Assembly (NCBI GenBank): GCA_002269645.1
Contig: NIVC01003015.1
Location: 61,257 to 125,256, forward strand
Reading direction: 5' to 3'
DNA: 64,000 nucleotides
Source: Macrostomum lignano
Taxonomy: Eukaryota
Numbering within the stretch: the first letter of the stretch is position 1; the number at the start of each line of letters is the position of its first letter. This document shows, one piece after another, positions 37,461 to 48,347 of this stretch. Made by a program: the position numbers and the translations under genes. The notes below the pieces were generated by a model. It was given only the letters and a program-made list of their open reading frames with translations, made no database searches and was not told where the DNA came from.

Positions 37461-38314
37461 CAGCCACCACTTCGAGATCGCTAACTTATGAGCTATTTAC
37501 CGATGCGCTCAGTCAAGTAGTAAAATTTTACCTTTCATTACATCTGCGTGTTTATCGGTCTTTTAAAGACCATTTCATATCCTTTAATGATCCCAGATCT
37601 CCAGTTGTGTCTCGCATAGAAAATTTGGCAGAGTTAAATTTAATTCAAGTACTGAGCAGTATTCTATTCATTCGCATGCTTGCGGCATTTGCCACTAATA
37701 ATTTATATTGATAAAATCGATATCTGCGAATTTCCGATGATTGCGTTATTTATGCGCTGATTATATCCCCACAACGAGTAGCATATCTGCGCGTATATAA
37801 AAGTATTGCGAATTTCGCCTCTCTCTCCAGTCCAGTTTTGATTTTTATATTTGAAATGTACGCGATCGAGTGTTAATGTATACCAATGTTTAATGCTGAT
37901 TTGCATTATACAATCTCTGACTTCATTGCTGCGCTGAAATTGGTATTAAATAACTTCAGCGTCTTCTTCATATTTGCTATTATTACACTGTTATTACTGT
38001 TATTATTAGTTCAATCAGCTGCTCTCCGGTCTCTTCTGCGTAGACAATGCGTTGTAGCTTTCTAGTGAAATTCATCTGATCCCCTTTCATTAGACTGACG
38101 CATCATTTTGCTGAATATTTTATTTACTTTATTTGTACATATATACGAGCTCGGAGCGTCTATGTTAAATGCGATCCTCTGCATGTATTGTCCGCTGGAC
38201 TTTTGACGCACACATCGGCTGAGAATTATTTTAACTCTGCTCTTTTCTTTAATGCTCAAGTGGTGGGTTAGCTAAATAGCCATTGATCTTAGCTGCTAAA
38301 TGCTGGGTTGCCGC

Positions 38315-39292
38315 CTTCCCAGATGTCCAGTTGCTGGGCCTCCTTCCCAGATCCCCAGTTGCTGGGCCTCCTTCCCAGATCCCCAGTTGCTGGGCCTCCT
38401 TCCCAGATCCTCAGTTGCTGGGCCTAGAGTGTCAGTTGCTGGGTCATCCTCCCAGATCCTCAGTTGCTGGGTCATCCTCCCAGATCCTCAGTTGCTGGGT
38501 CATCCTCCCAGATCCTCAGTTGCTGGTCCAGTGTCTCAGATCCCCAGTTGCTGGGCCTCCTTCTCAGATCCCCAGTTGCTGGGCCTCCTTCCCAGATCCC
38601 CAGTTGCTGGGCCTCCTTCTCAGATCCCCAGTTGCTGGGCCTCCTTCCCAGATCCCCAGCTGCTGGGCCTCCTTCCCAGATCTGGGCCTCCTTCTCAGAT
38701 CCCCAGTTGCTGGGCCTCCTTCCCAGATCCCCAGTTACTGGGCCTCCTTCTCAGATCCCCAGTTGCTGGGCCTCCTTCCCAGATCCCCAGTTGCTGGGCC
38801 TCCTTCCCAGATCCCCAGTTGCTGGGCCTCCTTCCCAGATCCTCAGTTGCTGGGTCATCCTCCCAGATCCTCAGTTGCTGGGTCATCCTCCCAGATCCTC
38901 AGTTGCTGGGTCATCCTCCCAGATCCTCAGTTGCTGGGTCATCCTCCCAGATCCTCAGTTGCTGATCCAGTGTCTCAGATCCTCAGTTACTGGGCCCTCC
39001 TTCTCAGATATCAGTTACTGGCCCTCCTTCTCAGATCCTCAGTTGCTGGGCCTAGAGTGTCAGTTGCTGGGCCATCCTCCCAGATCCTCAGTTGCTGGGC
39101 CTAGAGTGTCAGTTGCTGGGCCATCCTCCCAGATCCTCAGTTGCTGGGTCATCCTCCCAGATCCTCAGTTGCTGGGCCAGCCTCCCAGATCCTCAGTTGC
39201 TGGGCCATCCTCCCAGATCCTCAGTTGCTGGGTCATCCTCCCAGATCCTCAGTTGCTGGTGGTCCAGTGTCTCAGATCCCCAGTTGCTGGGC
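38315..39292 (+). repeat. 28-bp minisatellite family, locus 3 (upstream intron of STX17)
   Basis: Variant units ccagttgctgggcctccttcccagatcc and ...gggtcatcctcccagatcc. Confidence 0.9.
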
Positions 39293-39348
39293 CGCTACGC
39301 CCTGTCTCCCGCCATCAACCGGTGCTCCCCTCCACCGCCCGCCGGCAG

Positions 39349-40800
39349 TCCGACCCAGCCAGTCAGCAGCAGCCGGACCTGATGAGTCTGGCCGTGCTGC
39401 GCCATTCGGCCAACCGGTTCGTCCGACTGGCCGAAGTTGACAGCGGCCGGCTGGCGCAGCACCGGGCTAACCTGGCTGAGCTGCGGCGGGTTCAAGCTGA
39501 CGACTCCGCCGCCTCCAGCTGCGGGCAGCTCAACAGAGAGCTGGTCAACGCGAGCAGATGCGTCGGCCAGCTGAAGCTCCGGCTGCAGGAGCTGCGCCAG
39601 CTTCAGGAGCACGTTCGGCCGTCTGATCGGTCCGCGTTCGATGCCATCGTTCGGCCAACGGTTGCCATGGTTACTGAGCAGATTCGCGATTTTACGCAGG
39701 TATCAGCATTGCAGCCGGGCTGTGGGGGTGCTGAACTGCAGGATTAAGGGGATCATGACCTTCAGGATTAAGGGGATCATGACCTGCAGGATTAAGGGGA
39801 TGATGACCTGCAGGATTAAGAGGATCATGACCTGCAGGATGAAGGGGATGATGACCTTCAGGATTAAGGGATGATGACCTTCAGGATTAAGAGGGTGATG
39901 ACTTTCAGGATGAAGGGGATGATGACCTTCAGGATTAAGGGGATGATGACCAGGATTAGGGAATGTTGACCTTCAGAATTAGTTGAGATAAGCTTCAGGA
40001 TCATCAGTGATAAATTGAGGATTATGTTCCAATTAAACATGTTCTTCGAGTTTCTAGGTCACCTAGCTTAATGATGGTAAAGTCAACTATGAAATGATTA
40101 AAAGATGTCATCTTCAGCATCTCTCCCTCCCCTCACGGCAGGCTTACATTGACGCCACCGTATGCCTGGACGCAGTGCTGACTGGCGAGGCAGCAACGGC
40201 TGCCAAGGCAACAGCAGAGCCGCCTGCAAGCAGCGACTCCCCGCCAGCAAGCCCCGCTCCACCGCCCAGATGGCCTCCTACGTGTTCGACGACTCCCCGG
40301 CCCTGCCGGACTCCACCCCGGCCCTGGCGCTGGAGGCCGCCACAGAGAGTCTGGCCCGCGATCTCGCCGACCTGGAACAGTTGATGTCGCAACTGTCGGC
40401 AACCGTCGCCTCTCAGGCCGACGGCGTTGCCAGCGTCGAGTCCAGCATCGTCCAGGCCGAGGCCAATGCAGAGGACGGCGTTCGCTGGCTCCGACGAGCG
40501 GTGGGCTACCGGGCCTACTACCTGCCAGTGGCCGGAGCCGCCACCGGCGCCCTGCTTGGCGGTCCCGTCGGTTTGCTGATCGGCTTGAAGGCCGGCGCCG
40601 CGGCCGGCCTGCTCGGCGGGGTGGCCGGCTACGCCAGCGGGCGCATCATCGGCGGCGGCGACGGTGGAGGTGGCGCTGAAGGCTCCGTTCGAGGGGAGAA
40701 GATCGAATTGCAGACCGTTGCTAAGGCTGACGATGCAGCGATGACGCCGGATGCTGTGGATGCTGTAGTTGATGCCGCTGAGCAGTCTAAGACCGATTGA
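39349..40800 (+). CDS. STX17: Syntaxin-17-like Qa-SNARE; exons 39349(ATG 39382)-39699 and 40142-40800, with a frame break near 40265
   Basis: Habc-like LAQHRANL...ELVNASRCVGQL, SNARE motif LADLEQLM...VASQADGVASVE, and twin Gly-rich TM hairpin LPVAGAATGALLGGPVGLLIGLKAGAAAGLLGGVAGY typical of STX17. Start uncertain (possible exon 38252-38266). Confidence 0.88.
39735..39960. repeat. 24-bp minisatellite (STX17 intron)
   Basis: Unit caggattaaggggatcatgacctt. Confidence 0.88.
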
Positions 40801-41129
40801 CAATTCAAATTTATCCAGCATTAAGGATTTGTTTTTAATGCGTAGAGACAGAAGCAAGCGGCCCTCCTTATATTTGTGTCAGTTTTTTTTCCATTTTTAA
40901 TATCCTGTCGCTATTGTTATGCTGATTTTTATGGATCATTTTGCTTCCCTCCTTATTTGTCATTATTGGCGCTGGTCGGCTTGTTTATACGCCCAGTAGC
41001 TAAGATTATATTTCGCTATATATCGATAAGGTGAATAACGATCAGTAATGATCAGGTTCTTCATATCTAAACTGCTACTTACGCTCGTATGCTCAGTAGT
41101 TCAGTAGCAAAGTAACACTCGGGTAATTT

Positions 41130-41645
41130 TCTTATCCAAACTGCAAGTTTTACATACTTCACTACATATCGGTGGCTCAGTTTCGGAAGTAGGGATCGGG
41201 GTTCGGGGTTTCATTATCCAAACTGCAAGTTTTATATACTTCACTACATATCGGTGGCTCAGTTTCGGGAGTATGAATCGGGGTTTCATTATCTAAACTG
41301 TAAGTTTTATATGTTTCACTACATATCGGTGGCTCAGTTTCGGAAGTATGAATCGGGGTTTCATTATCTAAACTGTAAGTTTTATATGTTTCACTACATA
41401 TCGGTGGCTCAGTTTCGGAAGTATGAATCGGGGTTTCATTATCTAAACTGTAAGTTTTATATGTTTCACTACATATCGGTGGCTCAGTTTCGGAAGTAGG
41501 GATCGGGGTTCGGGGTTTCATTATCCAAACTGCAAGTTTTATATACTTCACTACATATCGGTGGCTCAGTTTCGGGAGTATGAATCGGGGTTTCATTATC
41601 TAAACTGCAAGTTTTATATGTTTCACTACATATCGGTAGCTCAGT
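41130..41645. repeat. 75/81-bp tandem repeat
   Basis: About 6 units of tttcattatctaaactgtaagttttatatgtttcactacatatcggtggctcagtttcggaagtatgaatcgggg. Confidence 0.9.
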
Positions 41646-42315
41646 GGAGAAGTAAATTTGGGAGTCTTATCTAAATTATATGCTACTTTATATACTTCGC
41701 TACATATCGGTAGCCGAGCAGCGCTATAAGGTTCGACTATTCTTATCTGTATGTAGCGAAAGAAGGTATTCCTAACCTTTTGTTGTCGAAATTTTACGGG
41801 CTAGGCCTCCATCTGATCTGTCTCAATCCTTCCCTGTCTTTCCCTCATTTTTGTCTCTAATAAGCATATTGTCAACACTCATTTAACCTTTGTAGATTGT
41901 ATCTCACGCATAAGATTGAGAAAAGCACCTTGTTTAATTATTTTTTCATGCCTGTTAACGCCATCGTGTCCTTAAACCTGATAAAGTTATTCAACTGTTC
42001 AAGTTTATTTGACCAAATGGTACATAGTACAGCAATGCCTTTGGGTTCACTTTTGCTCTGTTTGTTTTTCTGCTTTTTTCAAGTTATTGCCTTTGTATAA
42101 AATTTTTGGACCAGCAATTGTTCTTTATTTAAATCAGTCTCCAATGCCATTTTGTTTTATTCATTTCCGCTTTATGTTTTCCTTCTAGCTTCCAAATCAA
42201 TGACGCATGTAGCGGCTAAATGATTGAATGAGTGACCCACCTATCAGATAAATGATTGAATGAGTGACCCATCTGTCAGATAAATGATTGAATCAGTGAA
42301 CTCATCTATCAGATA

Positions 42316-43625
42316 CGAGGGTCACTCAGAAAGTTCTTAGCTTGAACACGAAAACAGCAACAAATGAACTAAAAAACGACTACAAGTGCTCAAAATACTC
42401 TCCACCGGCATTGATACAGGCTTGCATCCTGTGAAACCAGCTGTCGAAGCACTGCCGCCAATCCTCATCCCGGAGCTCCTCGATGATGTTTTTAAACTCA
42501 TTCACAGCTTCTTCCGGTGAAGAAAAGACCTGGCCCTTCAGAATTTCCTTGCACTTCGGAAACAGAAAAAAGTCGCACGGTGCCAGGTCTGGACTGTAAG
42601 CAGGGTGAGTCATCAGCTGGACCCCACAGTCAGCCAGAAACTCCAGAGTTTGAGCCGCCGTGTGCGCGCTGGCGTTGTCGTGGTGCAGAAGCACCCCACG
42701 CATTCCGCACCTTGGGCGCCTCTGGCTCACAGCAGAAAAGACCTTGGGCAGGCAAACCGTTGTGTACCAGTCAGCGGTGACTGTCTGGCGATCTTCAAGT
42801 GAAACGGAAGCCACATGCCCAGTGCGCATGAAGAAACAGGCCACCATCTGCTTGCCGACACTCCGGCTGCGTCGAAACTTGGTGGGGCTGTCCTCGTCTC
42901 CAAAGGTCCACATGGCTGACTGGCGCTTGCTTTCGGGGTCGTATTGATAAATCCAGGTCTCATCGCCCGTGAGGATGTCCCAGATACGCCGGCTGGTCCC
43001 GGATTCGAATTTCTGCAGCATGAATCGGCACCAAGCCACCCTGGTGTCCTTCTGCACGTCCGACAGCTGATGGGGGATCCACCGGGAAGCCAGCTTCCGC
43101 ACTCCAAGGTGTTCGTGCATAATGGCGTGCACACTCCCCGATCCAATACCGATCTCCTGCTGGATCTGCTGGTAGGTCACTCGCCGGTCAGCGGCAATCA
43201 TGCTGGACACAGCGCAGATATTTTCTGGAGTCACTGCGTCACAGGGTCTCCCGGATCGATGTTCATCTTCGAGGCTTTCTCGACCTCGGCGAAACTCAGC
43301 GAACCAGTTTTTGACGGTTGCGTATGAAGGACATACATGGGTGAAAACGTTCTGTAAAGTTTGATACGATTCGGCCGGCGACTTGCCTTGCTTGAAGTGC
43401 AGGTACATCATTGCTCTGAAGTCGCGATTTTCCAGCTTCATTGTTGAATTGAAGATCTCAGGGGGTGAACTGACTTTAACTCGCTGCAGTGGACTCAAAA
43501 GTGGCTGCTTCTGTTTGAAATTTTTGCTGCGATACTTTTAAAAGTTGGTCTTTGCCATAGACAAATTTCATGCTTCTACGTCTCGTGGATCCTACTCAGG
43601 CTAAAGACTTTCTGAGTGACCCTCG
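42316..43625 (-). mobile_element. Full-length mariner transposon (1310 bp), irritans-like
   Basis: TIRs CGAGGGTCACTCAGAAAGT at both ends, extending to about 30 bp with mismatches. TA duplicated (42314-15 and 43626-27), restoring the satellite unit tcagaTAaatg. Confidence 0.97.
42380..43441 (-). CDS. Mariner transposase, intact DD34D (353 aa)
   Basis: MKLENRDFRAMM..., HTH, WIPHQL, TGDETW, HHDNA, YSPDLAPCDFFLF; 34 residues between D2 and D3; no stops or frameshifts. Confidence 0.97.
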   Translation of the reverse strand: MKLENRDFRAMMYLHFKQGKSPAESYQTLQNVFTHVCPSYATVKNWFAEFRRGRESLEDEHRSGRPCDAVTPENICAVSSMIAADRRVTYQQIQQEIGIGSGSVHAIMHEHLGVRKLASRWIPHQLSDVQKDTRVAWCRFMLQKFESGTSRRIWDILTGDETWIYQYDPESKRQSAMWTFGDEDSPTKFRRSRSVGKQMVACFFMRTGHVASVSLEDRQTVTADWYTTVCLPKVFSAVSQRRPRCGMRGVLLHHDNASAHTAAQTLEFLADCGVQLMTHPAYSPDLAPCDFFLFPKCKEILKGQVFSSPEEAVNEFKNIIEELRDEDWRQCFDSWFHRMQACINAGGEYFEHL

Positions 43626-44999
43626 TAAATGATTGAATCAGTGACTCATCTATCAGATAAATGATTGAATCAGTGACTCATCGTCAGATAAATGATTGAA
43701 TCAGTGACTCATCTGTCAGATAAATGATTGAATGAGTGACTAATCTGTTAGATAAATGATTGAATCAGTGACTAATCTGTTAGATAAATGATTGAATCAG
43801 TGACTCATTTGTCAGATAAATGATTGAATCAGTGACTCATCTGTCAGATAAATGATTGAATGAGTGACTAATCTGTCAGATAAATGATTGAATCAGTGAC
43901 TAATCTGTTAGATAAATGATTGAATCAGTGACTCATTTGTCAGATAAATGATTGAATCAGTGACTTATTTGTCAGATAAATGATTGAATCAGTGACTCAT
44001 TTGTCAGATAAATGATTGAATCAGTGACTCATTTGTCAGATAAATGATTGAATCAGTGACTCATTTGTCAGATAAATGATTGAATCAGTGACTCATTTGT
44101 CAGATAAATGATTGAATCAGTGACTCATTTGTCAGATAAATGATTGAATCAGTGACTCATTTGTCAGATAAATGATTAAATCAGTGACTCATTTGTCAGA
44201 TATATGATTGAATCAGTGACTCATTTGTCAGATAAATGATTGAATCAGTGACTCATTTGTCAGATAAATGATTGAATGAGTGACTAATCTGTCAGATAAT
44301 TTATTGAATCAGTGACTCATTTGTCAGATAAATGATTGAATCAGTGACTCATTTGTCAGATAAATGATTGAATGAGTGACTCATCTGTCAGATAAATGAT
44401 TGAATGAGTGACTAATCTGTCAGATAAATGATGGAATCAGTGACTCATTTGTCAGATAAATGATGGAATCAGTGACTCATCTGTCAGATAAATGATTGAA
44501 TCAGTGACTTATTTGTCAGATAAATGAATGAATGAGTGACTCCTCTAGCGGCTAGATGAGCGAGATTTTCTATATTAACAATATATACGACATGTAATTT
44601 TTAACCTTCCAGCTATTTTTATCGTTACTCCAGAAGTGCATTACATTAACAATACTATTAGTCTCTAAGGTTGTTATCATTTGTATACCCAAATGTGCTC
44701 GCTTAAATTCTTTTCCGGATTTATTTTTATTGTTTTCACCTGTTGGCTTCCTGGTTTTGGCTAAATTATATTACCTATCTGATTAGTCGCATGCTTGACG
44801 ATTTTGCCCGTGCTCTCAGCATTTTACGGTGCTTTGCGATTATTGAAAATAAATTTGGTTACAAATATTGGCAACCTACTACTAATAGTATACTGAGAAT
44901 AAGTATTGCGCTGCTTCTCAACTGTGTAAAAATTTCTTTAAAATTCTAAACAAGTCAGGTAAATTTTTGTTTTACTTTCTTCTATAATTCATTCACCTT

Positions 45000-45565
45000 T
45001 GTGTGACCATTGCGGCGGGCAAAGACCCGATTTCCAGTGACCATTGTGGAGGGCAAAGACCCGATCTTCAGTGACCATTGCAGCGGGCAAAGACCCGATC
45101 TCCAGTGACCATTGCGGAGGGTAAAGACCCGATTTCCAGTGACCATTGCGGAGGGCAAAGACCCGATTTCCAGTGACCATTGCGGAGGGCAAAGACCCGA
45201 TCTCCAGTGACGATTGTGGAGGGTAAAGACCCGATTTCCAGTGACCATTACGGAGGGCAAAGACCCGATTTCCAGTGACCATTGCGAAGGGGCAAAGACC
45301 CGATCTTCAGTGACCATTGCGGAGGGCAAAGACCCGATCTTCAGTGACCATTGCGGAGGGCAAAGACCCGATCTTCAGTGACCATTGCGGAGGGCAAAGA
45401 CCCGATCTCCAGTGACCATTTGCGGCGGACAAAGACCCGATCTTCAGTGACCATTGCGGAGGGCAAAGACCCGATCTTCAGTGACCATTGCGGAGGGCAA
45501 AGACCCGATCTTCAGTGACCATTGCGGCGGGCGAAGACCCGATCTCCAGTATGACCATTGCGGAG
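45000..45565. repeat. 34-bp minisatellite
   Basis: Unit cagtgaccattgcggagggcaaagacccgatctt. Confidence 0.92.
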
Positions 45566-46481
45566 GGGCAAATACCAGCCTTCCAGCAAACATTATTGAG
45601 GTCAATAAATCCTGCTGAGAATATTGGATTTTTAATAATTTTACGAGTACCTCGAATAAAAATTGTCTTATTGTCGAGCAGGCACTGTCACGTAATCAGG
45701 GGTGTCAGGTGAGGACAGGTGAAGTCCCTAGAGGGGGGGACATCCGTGAGACATCGTGTGCGTTGTTTCCGCGCTCAGCAAGAACCCTCCCGACTTTGCA
45801 CGCTTCAATTGGCCTTGAATTACTCTCTCTGTCTCTCTCTTGGAAATATGGTTGGGAAATGCGAGATTTTCCGGGGTACAGAGGATGGAGGGTCTCCCTC
45901 ACGTCCCTGGGATATTATCATCCGAGCAATTCATGCTTAACTAAGGATTTATGACCGCCTAGCCTTTAGTCCCAGTTTTATCCCAAGCAGGCCCTCCGTT
46001 GCAAAGATAGGTTGTGTGCGTTTTCAAAAACGAATGCGAGCTGAGCGAATAATGCTGCATATGCGTTCAAAGCTGCTGCTCCTAGAAGCGAGTTTATTTC
46101 TGTTGCACTTTGCTGCATAGAATAATTTGATATGCGAGTCCAACTCGAGTTGCCCCAGAACGTTCACAGTGACAAAAGCTACAAGTTGCAGTAGCTTGCA
46201 AAATATCTATTGAATTCGTGACTAAAATGAATACACGTCAGTTACATGTGCCGGTCCAGATTTTCTAGCTTTGGATTGCACTACAAGCGCACGGAAGCGA
46301 ACCAATGGGGTCGTGGCGCGATCAGAGTCAGGCGAGACTCATTATGTGTCTCGTAATACGGATCGCTAAGGGCAGGGCTGGTCTCGTTAGCTCACATGAA
46401 ACGGAATAAGTCTTGCCTATATCAAACCAAAGCATCTTCAGTATCTACTGGCCAAAGCTTTGACCATAGACGAATTGACGA

Positions 46482-46722
46482 ATGCGACCACGTTAATTTG
46501 GGGCTTGTAGGCGCGAAAATTGGCCATGGGGGTTGTCGTGGGATTCACATGAGAGCCAACCCCCCCCCCCAAGGCACAGAGAGTGTACATGCCTGACGGG
46601 ATAGGAAAGTCAGGGTCATGTACACCTGTGTGAGCGTGTGCATGAGTGCGTGTCTGCGTACAGCATTGGCGCGCTTGTGTGTGCTCAGAAGTCTGCGGAA
46701 TGGGCTGAATTGCCGTCAGCTC
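46482..46722 (+). mobile_element. SINE family A, headless copy
   Basis: taatttggggc...aattggcc...aaggcacagagagtgtacatgcctgac...tgtacac...gcgcgcttgt...gcggaatgggc. Confidence 0.78.
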
Positions 46723-46853
46723 TGGTTTTGGGAATAATAATAATTACTAATGATATTATTAATATACTACATACGCTATACCAAACAGTTTCTTCCTAGC
46801 CAGCTAATTATTCAGTAATTTTACAAACGACAGACACTCGGCTCTGCAAGCCG

Positions 46854-47576
46854 TCAAGCGGAGTCGAGCTCGAGACCGACGCCGCCGGCCTCCTCCAGCC
46901 GCCGGATCCAGTCCTCGCATTTGCGCCTCGACTGTCGCGTCCTGCGGCTCAGACTGCCCGCGTAGTGCCCGGCCGTCGCTGCCGTTGCCGCCGATTTCGC
47001 GGCAACGTTCTCTTGCTCCCGGCAGTGATGAAGCGGCTGTGGCGGCGGCTGCGGCGGCTGAGGCGACTGAGGCGGCTCAGCTCCGAGTCCCAGCGAGCCG
47101 ACGCACGGGCACGATCTGGACCGGCGGCACGGCCCAGCGTCGGCCTCTTCGACGACGTCATCGACATCGTCGTTGTTGTCGCTCCGTCGACCTCCGACAT
47201 TGCCGACATCCTGCCTGACTGACGGCGCCTGGACGTCGAGACTGCCAGCAATGGAGCCGCCGCCGCTGATCAAGGAGGCTACGCTGCCTCCTAGTGAGTG
47301 CTGCTGCTGCTGCTGACTGGGCAGCTCGAGCCTGTCTGCTGCCGGCTTGCCAGCAGCATCCTCGAGTTGGTCGCCACCTTCTTCTTCGGCGTCCTGCTGT
47401 TGCTGCAATAAAAGTCTGGGAAAGCTGACGCACTTGAAGATTCCACCGCCGCCGCTGCTGGCGCCGCTGGCAGCAGCTTGGTCCGGGTCTTTGTCCACCG
47501 TGTTCTCTACTCGGATTCGAATGCTAGCTGTTGCTGTTGTCGTTGCCTCTTGTTGCTGCTGCTGCTGCTGCTGCAT
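46854..47576 (-). CDS. Orphan low-complexity poly-Q/Gly protein (240 aa; may be the terminal exon of a larger gene)
   Basis: GC-rich open frame preceded by acceptor aaacAG|gagATG at 47579. RSRSCP motif; ends RRKCEDWIRRLEE...LELDSA*. No family recognised. Confidence 0.55.
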   Translation of the reverse strand: MQQQQQQQQEATTTATASIRIRVENTVDKDPDQAAASGASSGGGGIFKCVSFPRLLLQQQQDAEEEGGDQLEDAAGKPAADRLELPSQQQQQHSLGGSVASLISGGGSIAGSLDVQAPSVRQDVGNVGGRRSDNNDDVDDVVEEADAGPCRRSRSCPCVGSLGLGAEPPQSPQPPQPPPQPLHHCREQENVAAKSAATAATAGHYAGSLSRRTRQSRRKCEDWIRRLEEAGGVGLELDSA

Positions 47577-47867
47577 CTCCTGTTTTTGTCTTTGAGTGAT
47601 GCAGATATAGAGGGAGAGTCATACAGAGAGGGAGAGAGAGAGGGGGACTTAAGCGAGTTGTGCCAGCTATTTGGAAAATTGGACCGGGATAAAAGCGATA
47701 GGAAGACAGAGAGAGAGGGAGATGGGACAGAGATGGAGACGGCTTATCAAAGCGCTCCAGCCAGTCAGCTGAGCACAGTTTAGCGCTGTGAGAAGGGATG
47801 AAATTCTGACTGGAAAAGAGAGCTGCAGTGTACGGGGAGACGGGATCGAGACTAGGGAGACTGGGAG

Positions 47868-48347
47868 GGTATGACGTAGACTGATGGGGATATGAGGTAG
47901 ACTGATGAGTATATGAGGTAGACTGATGAGTATATGAGGTAGACTGATGAGTATATGAGGTAGACTGATGAGTATATGAGGTAGACTGATGAGTATATGA
48001 GGTAGACTGATGAGTGTATGAGTAGACTGAGGAGGACATGAGGTAGACTGATGAGTGTATGACGTAGACTGATGGGGATATGAGGTAGACTGATGAGTAT
48101 ATGAGGTAGACTGATGAGTGTATGAGGTAGACTGATGGGGATATGAGGTAGACTGATGAGTGTATGAGGTAGACTGATGGGGATATGAGGTAGACTGATG
48201 AGTGTATGAGGTAGACTGATGGGGATATGAGGTAGACTGATGAGTGTATGAGGTAGACTGATGAGTGTATGAGGTAGACTGATGAGTGTATGAGGTAGAC
48301 TGATGAGTGTATGAGGTAGACTGATGAGTGTATGAGTAGACTGATGG
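47868..48347. repeat. 21-bp minisatellite
   Basis: Unit gaggtagactgatgagtatat. Confidence 0.92.

Larger units (their letters stand above)
42222..44540. repeat. 32-bp minisatellite interrupted by a mariner
   Basis: Unit taaatgattgaatcagtgactcatttgtcaga on both sides of the element (42222-42315 and 43626-44540). Confidence 0.92.

Noticed and set aside
45690-45920. Possible CAGGG-ended MITE
   Set aside because: Terminal complementarity is limited to about 5 bp and there is no clear TSD.
47868-48347. CTGATGAG in every unit, suggesting tandem hammerhead ribozymes
   Set aside because: No GAAA core segment and no stem II/III pairing in the 21-bp unit.
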